Assembly: GCA_963813025.1 (NCBI GenBank)
Contig: CAWEXO010000011.1
Span: forward strand, 256,001 to 320,000
DNA: 64,000 nucleotides
Reading direction: 5' to 3'
Source: an uncultured Verrucomicrobiae bacterium
GTDB taxonomy: Bacteria > Verrucomicrobiota > Verrucomicrobiia > Chthoniobacterales > JAFAMB01
The translations under genes were made by a program, and so were the position numbers. The notes beneath the pieces were generated by a model. That model was not told the origin of the DNA, ran no database searches, and saw only the letters and a program-made list of their open reading frames with translations. This document shows positions 41,226 to 50,346 of the stretch, in pieces (the first letter of the stretch is position 1; every line of letters begins with the position of its first letter).

Positions 41226-42254
41226 TTAGCCGTCGTCCTGCTCGGGGCGAAGGTCGCGACCAAGCAACCGCCGCATCCCTTGGGCCGCCGACTGGCTTTC
41301 ATAAAGGATCCCATGGACCTCGTTGATAATCGGAGCCGTGAGCGACCGCTCGGCAACTGTCTGCCGGATGCTTCGTGCCGTGGACACACCCTCAGCAACC
41401 ATGCGCATCGAATGCACGATGCGATCGAGCGACTCCCCGCAACCGAGGCGCTCGCCGACGTGGCGATTTCGGCTGTGCCGGCTGAAGCAGGTTGCCATTA
41501 GATCGCCGATACCACTCAGACCGTAAAAGGTTTCGCGGCGGCCGCCGAGGGCGGTCCCAACGCGTACCATCTCGGTCAAAGAACGCGTCACGAGCGCGGC
41601 CTTTGAATTATCGCCCAACCCGAGTCCATCGGAGATGCCCGCCGCGAGGGCAAAGATATTTTTTAGAGCACCTCCGAGTTCGATTCCCGCGACATCCGCG
41701 CTGGTGTAAACCCGGAAATTCCATCGCGCCAAAAGCTTCTGAACGCGCTCAGCAACAACGCTATCTCGGCAACCAAGAACGCTGGCCGCCGGCACGCCGC
41801 GGGCAATTTCCTCGGCATGATTTGGTCCGGACAAAACCGCGATGGGATTATTCGGGAAAATAGCCGCCAGCACCTGGCTCATCCGGTTCCCGGTGCCGAG
41901 TTCAATACCTTTGCTGCAGCAGACGTGGACGGTGTCTGGTTCGATCCGGACCGTATTTCGCCACGTGCTGGCAAGTTCGCGCAGGTTCTGGGCGGGAATT
42001 GCCCAAAAAAGGAAGGCGCTGGAAGTGCACTCCGCAGCGCCCGAGATCACTTTCACTGTGCCGGGTAATGGCACCTCTGGCAGATATGTCTGGTTACAGC
42101 GGAGGTATCGCATGCTCTCGGCCCGCGCCGCGTCTCGTACCCACAGCCAGACCGGCCTGTCGCTGGCGCCCAGCAGAACAGCCAGCGCTGTACCCCAGCT
42201 GCCGCCCCCGATTACCCCAACGGAATCTCCTCGGGCTCTGGAGACGTGATCCAT
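41226..42254 (-). CDS. gpsA: NAD(P)H-dependent glycerol-3-phosphate dehydrogenase
   Basis: GGGSWGTALA, SKGIE, LSGPNHAEE, GGALKN, GDLMATCFS.HSRN. Confidence 0.97.
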   Translation of the reverse strand: MDHVSRARGDSVGVIGGGSWGTALAVLLGASDRPVWLWVRDAARAESMRYLRCNQTYLPEVPLPGTVKVISGAAECTSSAFLFWAIPAQNLRELASTWRNTVRIEPDTVHVCCSKGIELGTGNRMSQVLAAIFPNNPIAVLSGPNHAEEIARGVPAASVLGCRDSVVAERVQKLLARWNFRVYTSADVAGIELGGALKNIFALAAGISDGLGLGDNSKAALVTRSLTEMVRVGTALGGRRETFYGLSGIGDLMATCFSRHSRNRHVGERLGCGESLDRIVHSMRMVAEGVSTARSIRQTVAERSLTAPIINEVHGILYESQSAAQGMRRLLGRDLRPEQDDG

Positions 42255-42892
42255 TACTTCTTGCCGAACCGGGATTCCGTTCCGTGCAAAAGCCGCTCAA
42301 TATTCGTCCGATGCCTCCAGACGGCCAACGCGGCGATCAGGAGCGAGAAACCAAACAACCACAAAAAGTCGGGGCGCTCGCGCGGTAGAATACAAAAGAT
42401 GACGAGCGGCAGGGCGATCGCCGCGGTAATAGAAGCCAGAGACACGTACCGGCCGGTATAAAACACGAGTACCCAAACAAGAACAACCAGAATGACGGTA
42501 ACGATCGGGAATAAGCCTAGCAAGACGCCGGCTGAGGTCGCGACCCCTTTACCTCCCTTGAAGCCGAGCCAGACTGGATAATTATGTCCCAGAATACAGG
42601 CGACCGCGCCGAGCAATCCTCCCAAGGTGAAATTGAGTTCTCCAGCAAGCAGGGCCGCACCTAGAAGTGCTCCGAGCCGCACACCCACTAAACCTTTCAG
42701 GACGTCACAGACAAAGACAAAATACCCCCAACGCTTGCCTAGCACGCGAAGCACATTGGTGGCACCGATGTTGCCGCTTCCATATTTTCGTATATCAACG
42801 CGATGGAATCGCCCGACCACGTAACCGCTCGGGATCGAGCCTACCAAATAGCTCGTCAGTGCAATCAATATCCAGCTCAGGTGCGCTAACAT
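42254..42892 (-). CDS. plsY: glycerol-3-phosphate acyltransferase PlsY
   Basis: YLVGSIP, GSGNIGATN, FKGGKGVAT, HRTNIERL..GTE. Confidence 0.97.
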   Translation of the reverse strand: MLAHLSWILIALTSYLVGSIPSGYVVGRFHRVDIRKYGSGNIGATNVLRVLGKRWGYFVFVCDVLKGLVGVRLGALLGAALLAGELNFTLGGLLGAVACILGHNYPVWLGFKGGKGVATSAGVLLGLFPIVTVILVVLVWVLVFYTGRYVSLASITAAIALPLVIFCILPRERPDFLWLFGFSLLIAALAVWRHRTNIERLLHGTESRFGKK

Positions 42893-42938
42893 TGTTTAAT
42901 ATGTTTTTATCGGTATTATCCAGAAAAGTCAGCACAGC

Positions 42939-43424
42939 ATGCACGATCTTACCCGCATCGAACCCGCCACGATCGAAGACCTGCCAGTGCTCGCGGAACT
43001 CCTGATGGACCTTTTCGCGCACGAATCGGATTTTCGCCCTAATTATAATAATCAGATCCGTGGTCTCCGCTTTATTCTCGAGCAGCCCAGTCGCGGACGG
43101 ATATTTGTTCTGCGCGGCAGCAGCAAAATCATCGGAATGATCAACCTGCTGTTTACGATCAGCACCGCGGAGGGAGGCTTTGTGATGCTGTTGGAAGACC
43201 TGATTATCAATCACGACTTTCGCCATCAAGGGTTCGGCGGAGAGTTGCTCAAGTACGCCATTGATTATGCCAGGCAAAAGGATTTTCTGCGGATCACCCT
43301 TCTGACCGATCGCATGAGTGATGAATCGCTGGCTTTTTTCGAGAAATACGGGTTTGAACGATCAGACATGGTGCCAATGCGACTGTGGCTGGGCGCGGCC
43401 GCTGAGCTTCATCGTCCGACCTAG
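42939..43424 (+). CDS. GNAT family N-acetyltransferase
   Basis: LEDLII..DFRHQGFG motif A; FFEKYGF. Confidence 0.88.
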   Translation: MHDLTRIEPATIEDLPVLAELLMDLFAHESDFRPNYNNQIRGLRFILEQPSRGRIFVLRGSSKIIGMINLLFTISTAEGGFVMLLEDLIINHDFRHQGFGGELLKYAIDYARQKDFLRITLLTDRMSDESLAFFEKYGFERSDMVPMRLWLGAAAELHRPT

Positions 43425-43717
43425 TGCACCGTCTCATATATACCGATGATGTCGTTGCGTTCAAAATGGGCCGCCGGCAAGGCGCGAGGAGGGAGCATAT
43501 CTGAAGCGATACGTGACCGAGGAGCAACGCCGCCGCCGGCCCATTTTCAACACAACTCTTTGGGCCGCGGCCAGTCGGCTGTTTTTCGGCGTTGCTCGCT
43601 CGATCCGTATGAATCCAGATATGGACGCTTCTACTGCCAGTCCGGCTCGGACCGCCTTGAAAAACAGCCAACTGACCTGCGGCGACATCAATCGTTATAT
43701 ATGAGACGGCGCACTAG
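43421..43717. mobile_element. MITE-like element, 297 bp, about 34-bp TIRs ending in CTAG, two internal hairpin modules
   Basis: Left CTAGTGCACCGTCTCATATATACCGATGATGTCG versus right reverse complement CTAGTGCGCCGTCTCATATATAACGATTGATGTCG; no transposase inside. Confidence 0.8.
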
Positions 43718-43900
43718 CTCCTTGAAAACCGGAAGGTGATTGGATGAATCAATTTTTTTCGAAAGGCTTTTATCCACGGTCGGATGCTTCGCCTTTCAAG
43801 GACTCTGTACAGCGAGGCCGTTCAAAACAAGGAGGCCAAGATTTGTAAGCCGCTTTTTTCCGCCGAATCTCGTCGTCCTGAGACGCGACCTCGCTAGGTT

Positions 43901-44584
43901 ATGGCCGTTGAAAGCTTTGTCGATCTTGGTTTTGCCAAAGTCGATACCTCGCGCCGGAGGCGTCGCGGCTTTCCGGAGGCGGTCTTTGCTCAGGGTAAGA
44001 GCGGGGACCAGCTGACTGCCATTCTGGAGACGCTGGTCGAATATGATGGCGTAGCTCTCGCCACCAGGGCTTCCGCGCAACAGTTCGAGACCGTGCAAAA
44101 ACGATTGCCCGACGCTCGATTCGACCCGATTGGGCGCTGCATTATCCTGGAGCGCACGCCACTCAAACGGCTGCCGGGTCGGGTAGCCATCGCCAGCGCC
44201 GGGACCACCGATCTCTTTGTCGTCGAAGAAGCGCGGTCGACCCTTGAGCTTTTTGGCATCAGCGTCGATACGATCCAAGATGTCGGCGTAGCGGGAGTCC
44301 ATCGGACGTTGGCCGCGCAACCGATCCTGGAAGCGGCTGGAGTGGTCATTGTCGTAGCCGGCATGGACGGCGCACTGCCAAGTGTCATCGGCGGACTCAC
44401 CAGCAAGCCGGTGATCGCCGTGCCTACCAGCGTCGGTTATGGCACAAGCTTCGGCGGAATCACCGCTCTGCTCACGATGTTGAACAGCTGCGCCAGCGGT
44501 GTGATGGTCGTCAATATCGATAACGGTTTTGGCGCGGCTTACGCCGCGGCGCTCATCATTCAGAGCCATCTGCCGCGGGCTTGA
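43901..44584 (+). CDS. larB: nickel-pincer cofactor biosynthesis protein LarB (AIR carboxylase-like)
   Basis: GFPEAVFAQGK, AGTTD, DVGVAGVHR, AGMDGALPS, AVPTSVGYG, VVNIDNGFGA. Confidence 0.93.
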   Translation: MAVESFVDLGFAKVDTSRRRRRGFPEAVFAQGKSGDQLTAILETLVEYDGVALATRASAQQFETVQKRLPDARFDPIGRCIILERTPLKRLPGRVAIASAGTTDLFVVEEARSTLELFGISVDTIQDVGVAGVHRTLAAQPILEAAGVVIVVAGMDGALPSVIGGLTSKPVIAVPTSVGYGTSFGGITALLTMLNSCASGVMVVNIDNGFGAAYAAALIIQSHLPRA

Positions 44585-44623
44585 GTCCTGATGTCCTGAG
44601 CATCCCGGCGACGCTGTTGTCAT

Positions 44624-44715
44624 TAGGCTGTCTCAAAATGAGTTTTTTGTCTCGTTCATTGATGCCCAGACAGGTACGCATCCGGATTTGGTTACCAGTG
44701 GTTTGACACTGCCTA
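44624..44715. mobile_element. possible small MITE/IS scar
   Basis: TAGGCTGTCTCAAA versus reverse complement TAGGCAGTGTCAAA (12/14), TA at both ends. Confidence 0.35.
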
Positions 44716-44818
44716 CGTTGGCAGAAACGGCGCGGACTATCTTGCAGTTACGCTTCGGCCTCGTACCCCCACAAGGCAATCGTGCTTATTAATTCGGCGA
44801 AACTTCTCCCGGAGTTCT

Positions 44819-46744
44819 TTAAGCAGCTGATTTGGATTGCTTCGCCCGAGCGCTGGGCTTGACCAGCGCTCGAATCTTTTCCACCGCCGCCTCCGCGCTG
44901 ACCCCGTGCTTTTTCCGGAGCACCGGAATCGAGCCGTGTTCCACAAACTGGTCGGGCCAACCGATTCGGACGACCGGCGTCCGAATGCGAGCCTCGGAGA
45001 AGTACTCGACGACCGCGCACCCGAAGCCGTTGTGCAAAACGTGATCTTCAAAAGTACAGATCGCTTCCACGCTACGGGCAAAGAATTCCAGGGTCCCGGT
45101 GTCCAGCGGCTTGATCCAGCGCGGGTTAATTATCGCTACCGAGTATCCCTCGGCCTCAAGCAGTTTCGCGGTTTCTTCGGCCATCGAGAACATGTTTCCC
45201 AATCCGACCAAAGCAACGTCGCGGCCATGTTGAACGACCTCAGCCTTGCCAATCTCCAGCAGTTTCGGTTGCGGCTTTGGTTTTGCTCCGGTGCCTGCTC
45301 CTCGCGGATAGCGGATTGCGATCGGCCCCTGGTGGTAATTGACCATCGTCCAAAGCATGTCGGCAAACTCCTCCTCATCCTTCGGTTGCATGTGCACCAG
45401 GTTTGGAATGTGTCGCATGTAGCCAATATCAAACAGACCGTGGTGAGTCGGCCCGTCATCGCCGGAAAGACCGGCGCGGTCCATGCAAATCGCTACGTTC
45501 AGGTTCTGCAGCGCGATGTCATGAATTAACATGTCGTACGCTCGCTGCATGAACGTCGAATAAATCGTCAAGAACGGCTTGCAACCCTGGGTCGCCAAGC
45601 CGCAGGCGAACAAGGCCGCGTGCTCTTCTGCGATGCCAACATCGAAATAGCGCGCCGGATGACGATTGGCAAAATGGATGAGTCCGGTGCCGGGACCCAT
45701 TGCCGCCGTGATGGCCATGATTTTATTATTATTGTCGGCAAACTTGGCGAGAGTCTTGCCGATCAATTCTGAGTAGGTAGGCGTGCTGGCCGCAGCCGTT
45801 TCCCCGGTCTCCAGTTTAAACTTGCCCAGACCATGAAACTTGTCCGGTTTGGCCAGTGCCGGCGGATAGCCCTTACCTTTTTGAGTGATAATGTGCAGCA
45901 GGACCGGCTCGTTTTGTCTTTTCAGGAACTCAAAGATCCGGATCAGCAGCGGGATATCATGTCCATCGATCGGTCCATAATAGCGTAGCCCGAACTCTTC
46001 GAACAAAACGTTGGGCAAAACCAGATGTTTCACGCCCTCTTCAACTTTGTGCACGAGATCGGTGGCAAACTTCCCGCCGATCATCTCAACAAACTTTGTC
46101 GCCTTCTCATGCAGATGGCTGTAAGCGTCATTGGTGACGATTTGGTTCAGATAATTTGCGATCGCTCCGACGTTCTTGGAGATCGACCATTCGTTGTCGT
46201 TCAAGACGACGATAAAACGCCGAGTATTATCGGCGACATTGTTCAAGGCTTCGTAACTCGGCCCACAGGTAAAGGCGGCGTCGCCGGCGACGACGACCAC
46301 GTTCTCTTTCCCGCCTCGACGGTCCCGAGCCACCGCCATACCAAGCGCGGCAGAGAGGGCAGTGCCAGCATGTCCCGCTCCGTAGCAGTCGTGCTCACTT
46401 TCGGTGCGTAAAAGGAATCCGTTGAGTCCCTCGTACTGGCGAATCGTGTTGAACCGGGTCCGTCGTCCGGTAAGAAGCTTATGGACGTAACCTTGGTGAC
46501 TCACGTCAAAGACGAACTTGTCCTTGGGCGTTTCGAATACACGATGCAGAGCGATGGTCAGCTCCACCACTCCGAGATTTGGACCGAGGTGACCGCCAGT
46601 CTGGGAAAGTACGTTGATCAACTCGTCGCGGATTTCCTGGGCAAGCTGCGGGAGCTGGTTTTCCTCAAACCGCTTGAGGTCGGCCGGAGAGTCTACGCGA
46701 TCCAGAAGACGGCCGTTGATCATTTCAGAAGAGGCTGCTTTCAT
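44819..46744 (-). CDS. dxs: 1-deoxy-D-xylulose-5-phosphate synthase
   Basis: GGHLGPNLGVVELT, DVSHQGYVHK, LNDN, DVGIAEEHA, DRAGLSGDDGPTHHG. Confidence 0.98.
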   Translation of the reverse strand: MKAASSEMINGRLLDRVDSPADLKRFEENQLPQLAQEIRDELINVLSQTGGHLGPNLGVVELTIALHRVFETPKDKFVFDVSHQGYVHKLLTGRRTRFNTIRQYEGLNGFLLRTESEHDCYGAGHAGTALSAALGMAVARDRRGGKENVVVVAGDAAFTCGPSYEALNNVADNTRRFIVVLNDNEWSISKNVGAIANYLNQIVTNDAYSHLHEKATKFVEMIGGKFATDLVHKVEEGVKHLVLPNVLFEEFGLRYYGPIDGHDIPLLIRIFEFLKRQNEPVLLHIITQKGKGYPPALAKPDKFHGLGKFKLETGETAAASTPTYSELIGKTLAKFADNNNKIMAITAAMGPGTGLIHFANRHPARYFDVGIAEEHAALFACGLATQGCKPFLTIYSTFMQRAYDMLIHDIALQNLNVAICMDRAGLSGDDGPTHHGLFDIGYMRHIPNLVHMQPKDEEEFADMLWTMVNYHQGPIAIRYPRGAGTGAKPKPQPKLLEIGKAEVVQHGRDVALVGLGNMFSMAEETAKLLEAEGYSVAIINPRWIKPLDTGTLEFFARSVEAICTFEDHVLHNGFGCAVVEYFSEARIRTPVVRIGWPDQFVEHGSIPVLRKKHGVSAEAAVEKIRALVKPSARAKQSKSAA

Positions 46745-47000
46745 CAGAGTTTTCCTTGGTTAATTCTTTGACCCGCTCAACGGGGGCCGTAGAGGCATTT
46801 CGATTGAGCATTTCGATCCGGTTCTCCGCTGATGCCAATTGTTCATTACAGATCGCAACCAGCCGGATACCTTCTTCGTATCGCCTGAGCAGATCTTCCA
46901 GGGGCAACTTGGAGGACTCCATCTGCTCGACGATCTTATCCAGCCGTTCCATGGCTACCTCAAACGAAAGCTCAGGGTCTACCGAATCCTTTTGCGACAT
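46725..47000 (-). CDS. xseB: exodeoxyribonuclease VII small subunit
   Basis: SFEVAMERLDKIVEQME...LEDLLRRYEEG..L...C...L..AE; usual position upstream of dxs. Confidence 0.92.
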   Translation of the reverse strand: MSQKDSVDPELSFEVAMERLDKIVEQMESSKLPLEDLLRRYEEGIRLVAICNEQLASAENRIEMLNRNASTAPVERVKELTKENSDESSLF

Positions 47001-47050
47001 GCCTAGAGCTGGCAACCTTAGCCGCCGACGCCCGGAAAGCCAATAAAAAC

Positions 47051-47311
47051 AGCGGCGGGAGCGGAGGGAGCCGTAGCTAGCGGAGGGAGCGGTCTCAGCG
47101 GAAGCAGGTAGCGCTAAAGCTCAGAACTGAACAACTGGCCAACCATGCCGGCGTGGAATAACTCCGAGGTATTTGGTCCTCTAGGATGCTAAGCTGTTCG
47201 GAGTTCTTCCACTGTACCGTTACATCCTTCCGCTGAAACCGCTCCCGCCGCGCCCGCCGCTCAATTCACTGTCACCTTCCAAACTGTTCAGCTGCCCTCC
47301 GCTCCCGCCGC
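47051..47311. repeat. inverted 9-mer tandem-repeat cassette (GCGGMGGGA / TCCCKCCGC)
   Basis: Left arm 47051-47104 (…GCGGAGGGA GCGGTCTCAGCGGAA) pairs with right arm 47228-47262 (TTCCGCTGAAACCGC TCCCGCCGC GCCCGCCGC); extra units at 47294-47311. Confidence 0.7.
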
Positions 47312-47314
47312 AAG

Positions 47315-48400
47315 CTACGGCTCGCCGGGTGAAGGCGAACCGAGATCAGCCGCAGGCAACCCGTTGAGGGGAAAAGGCGTTCGCTCCACTTGGAATGCGG
47401 GATGGTCTCGCGCGGTCACTTTCAGGGTCACTTCCTGGCCATTACGGAAAATCTTGACCGGAACAGTTTCGTCAGCGGTCAAGAAGAACGAGGCATTAAT
47501 CACATCAGGAGCATTTTTGATTTTTACGTCCCCAACTTGGAGGAGGACATCACCGATCTGCAAGCCTGCCGACTCGGCCGGTGAATCCTCCACAAAACCA
47601 GAAATGGTCACCCGGGAATCATGGAGAGTCTCAGCCGCGTCATGGACGCTGACCCCTAGCCATCCGGGACGGACATTGCCAAAGCGCAAATAATCGGTGC
47701 GCACTTTCTCAGCCGCCTTTATCGGCAAAGCATAGCAAGCGGTGCGGTTGTCAATGCTGCTGATCAGAATAGCGACCACTTGTCCCTTGAGATTCAGCAC
47801 GGGGCAGCCCGCTTCGCCGCGTTGCGCGCTGATGTTGGCCCGGATCAGCGTTGTGCTGAAATAGCGGTCCAGATACTTAAGGTCGAATCCGCCGACAATG
47901 CCAAAGCTTGGCGTAGCCGGCAGATCCATTGGATAGCCAATCGTAATGACGGGGGAAGTGACGCGGAGATCGTCGGAAGACCCAATCGGCAGCCAAGGTG
48001 TCTCCGCATCGATCTTAAGCACGGCCACGCCGCTGCGCGGATCAGCTACCAGTCGATGCGCCGGATACCGCTTCGAACCGAACTCCGCCACGATATCGTG
48101 CGCATCACCGCCGACTTCATACGCAGTGTAAATCGTTCCAGAAGGATCAACGAAAAACCCGCTTCCAGACAGGCGGCCGTGGTCATCTTGCGCCTCAATG
48201 CGCACGACGGCGTCTTTGCTGCGCTCGTACACCCGCTGTAGATCCGTCTGAAAAACATCAGAAGGATCCTGAGCCCACAGCCGCTGACCGGGCCCAAAGA
48301 CGGCGATGATCTGCAGCGCGATACTGCCTTGGAACAGCAGTCTTTTCCTTTGCCCGCCTATTCTGGATAAAAACACCCTAGCGGGCTGGGTAAAAAGCAT
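47315..48400 (-). CDS. trypsin-like (HtrA/DegS-type) domain + PDZ protein
   Basis: GSGFFV, IGYP, GQVVAI, PGWLGVSV, SPAESAGLQIGDVL; catalytic motifs degenerate. Confidence 0.85.
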   Translation of the reverse strand: MLFTQPARVFLSRIGGQRKRLLFQGSIALQIIAVFGPGQRLWAQDPSDVFQTDLQRVYERSKDAVVRIEAQDDHGRLSGSGFFVDPSGTIYTAYEVGGDAHDIVAEFGSKRYPAHRLVADPRSGVAVLKIDAETPWLPIGSSDDLRVTSPVITIGYPMDLPATPSFGIVGGFDLKYLDRYFSTTLIRANISAQRGEAGCPVLNLKGQVVAILISSIDNRTACYALPIKAAEKVRTDYLRFGNVRPGWLGVSVHDAAETLHDSRVTISGFVEDSPAESAGLQIGDVLLQVGDVKIKNAPDVINASFFLTADETVPVKIFRNGQEVTLKVTARDHPAFQVERTPFPLNGLPAADLGSPSPGEP

Positions 48401-48493
48401 CAGAATCAGGTTACTTTGATCAATTCTGTTTTAATATCTGAATTCCGACCAGAGGTCCGCTGGCAACGCCGTCAAGCCTTCCCGGCAGTTCGT

Positions 48494-48982
48494 TCAAAAA
48501 TTGAACGACGCTTCGTAGCTCACCGGTCGCGCATCCAGGATATATCGAGGAAGCGATGAACTGGATGGCTCAATCGTCGGTACGCTGCTTGATCTGGAGA
48601 GCGAGGGGCGTTGGCTTAGGCCGGACCAATCCAGGTCTCGATTGAGCGCGAAGCGAGGAGCAGCGGATTTGGAGTCCGTCTGGGTGAGGCCGACGGGGAA
48701 AGATCGCTCTGCCGATTTCGGTCCGACCACCCCGGTGGACAACAAAGTCGCCATCACGACAAAAAGCCCAAACGCTCCGCCATACGCGTAGGCCGGCATC
48801 CGGAAGCTCCACAACCCGGAGGACAGCCGGTCAAACCAGATCTGTAACGCCGAACGACGAAGGAGCTCTGCTCGTTGCCGACGATGAAATTCTTGTAAGC
48901 TGCGCTCGTAATATCCAGGGGGAGGCTGCTCGAAACGTTTGAGACGAATGAATTTCTGTACTTGTGTTTCGTCGAGCATCAT
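48494..48982 (-). CDS. putative anti-sigma factor (single TM)
   Basis: ATGA overlap with the ECF sigma gene; central TM helix; function inferred from position. Confidence 0.65.
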   Translation of the reverse strand: MMLDETQVQKFIRLKRFEQPPPGYYERSLQEFHRRQRAELLRRSALQIWFDRLSSGLWSFRMPAYAYGGAFGLFVVMATLLSTGVVGPKSAERSFPVGLTQTDSKSAAPRFALNRDLDWSGLSQRPSLSRSSSVPTIEPSSSSLPRYILDARPVSYEASFNF

Positions 48983-49566
48983 TTTTTTCTAAACTCTTCG
49001 AGGTAATTCTGCAACTGTCGATGTGCGTAGAACAGCCGCGACCGAACCGTGGCTTCGGGAATTCCGAGAATACGGGCGATTTCGGCGTGTGGCATTCCTT
49101 GAATGTCGAACATCGTAACGACAGCTCTATGCTCAACAGACAGCTTCATCATCGCTTCGTTCAATCTCTGCTGGAGCTCGGTCAGATCTGCTTCCCTAAT
49201 GGGAGTATTCGTGGCCGTAAGCTCCAGAAACTCCTTATCGTTTTGGACGTTGGAATCGATATCGTCAAGACTCATTTGAAATCTGCGTCCCCGTTTCTTG
49301 ACAAAATTGATGGTCATATTGACGGCGATCGCGTGGATCCACGTGTAAAAGCTTGATTTCCCGCGAAAACCGTTGATCGACCGGTAGGCTTTCGCGAAAA
49401 CCTCCATCAGCAGATCGTTCGCGTCTTCGTGGTTCGCGGTCATGTTATAAACGAGGGAGTAAATCCGCGGACTATATTTGTGCCACAAAAGGTCGAACGC
49501 CCGGGTATCCCCCTGCTGGGTCTGCCGCACAAGTTCTTCGTCCTCCGGTAAGTTGGCTTCGTCCAT
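48979..49566 (-). CDS. ECF-type RNA polymerase sigma factor
   Basis: DEELV....GD..AFD.L, DANDL..EVF, FRGKSSFYTWI, EIARILGIPEATVRSRLFYA. Confidence 0.95.
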   Translation of the reverse strand: MDEANLPEDEELVRQTQQGDTRAFDLLWHKYSPRIYSLVYNMTANHEDANDLLMEVFAKAYRSINGFRGKSSFYTWIHAIAVNMTINFVKKRGRRFQMSLDDIDSNVQNDKEFLELTATNTPIREADLTELQQRLNEAMMKLSVEHRAVVTMFDIQGMPHAEIARILGIPEATVRSRLFYAHRQLQNYLEEFRKK

Positions 49567-49567
49567 C

Positions 49568-49630
49568 GCTGCCAGCCTGCATCTCTCGCAAATTTTTTGG
49601 AAATTTGCGAGAGATGCAGGCAATGGCAGC
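49568..49630. promoter_or_regulatory. perfect 21-bp hairpin (plus 7-bp extension) abutting the ECF sigma start codon
   Basis: GCCTGCATCTCTCGCAAATTT-TTTGG-AAATTTGCGAGAGATGCAGGC, flanked by GCTGCCA/TGGCAGC. Confidence 0.6.
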
Positions 49631-49828
49631 AGAATTCTCCGGCTACGCCGGCAAGTTCTACTGCGTTTTTAAAGAGAATAGTTCGAAACGAAGGTTTAGG
49701 ACTCATCTATTTTGAAGCAAACCCGCGATGGCGCCCGTTCGCCCCGGCAGAATTCACCCGCGCAGCCGGAAAATTCTGCTTTGACAACCTGCATAGCTCA
49801 TTCCCTTTCGACCGAATGACGATGCAGG

Positions 49829-50332
49829 CTAACGGACGACGCCGGTCTCGGTCCGGCGATTCTTCGCCCAGGCGGATTCGTCGTGACCGGGGTCGGCCGG
49901 CATCTCCAAGCCAAAGCTCACCGTCTGAATACTTCCGGGAGAAGCGCCCAGCGCTATCAGTTCATTCCGGACAGCTTCCGCCCGGCGCTCGCCCAAAGCT
50001 CGGTTGTATTCCTCCGTTCCCCGCTCGTCGGTAAAACCGGCCAGGATGACGTTCTTATGCTCGCTCTTCATGAAACCGGCAATGTGTTGCAGTTTTCCGT
50101 TCTCCGAAGGGCTGATGTTCGCACTATCAAAGGCGAAATAAATCGGGGCGAATTGCCCTTTGACTACGTTGTTGCCGAGATAAGAAACGCCTTCCCGTCG
50201 CGGAGGTAACGGAGTACCGGTGACGGTATCACCATTGATGCCGGCGTATTCCTGTTTCTCTTGTTTCTTACAGCCGCCCAGGAAAGCCAACACAGTCAGG
50301 AACAATAAGCCGAGAACGATGTTTGTTTTCAT
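49829..50332 (-). CDS. pal: peptidoglycan-associated lipoprotein (OmpA family)
   Basis: Lipobox LGGC; IYFAFD; GFTDERGTEEYNRALGERRA; AWAKNRR; follows tolB. Confidence 0.93.
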   Translation of the reverse strand: MKTNIVLGLLFLTVLAFLGGCKKQEKQEYAGINGDTVTGTPLPPRREGVSYLGNNVVKGQFAPIYFAFDSANISPSENGKLQHIAGFMKSEHKNVILAGFTDERGTEEYNRALGERRAEAVRNELIALGASPGSIQTVSFGLEMPADPGHDESAWAKNRRTETGVVR

Positions 50333-50346
50333 CAGATCAAATGCGA

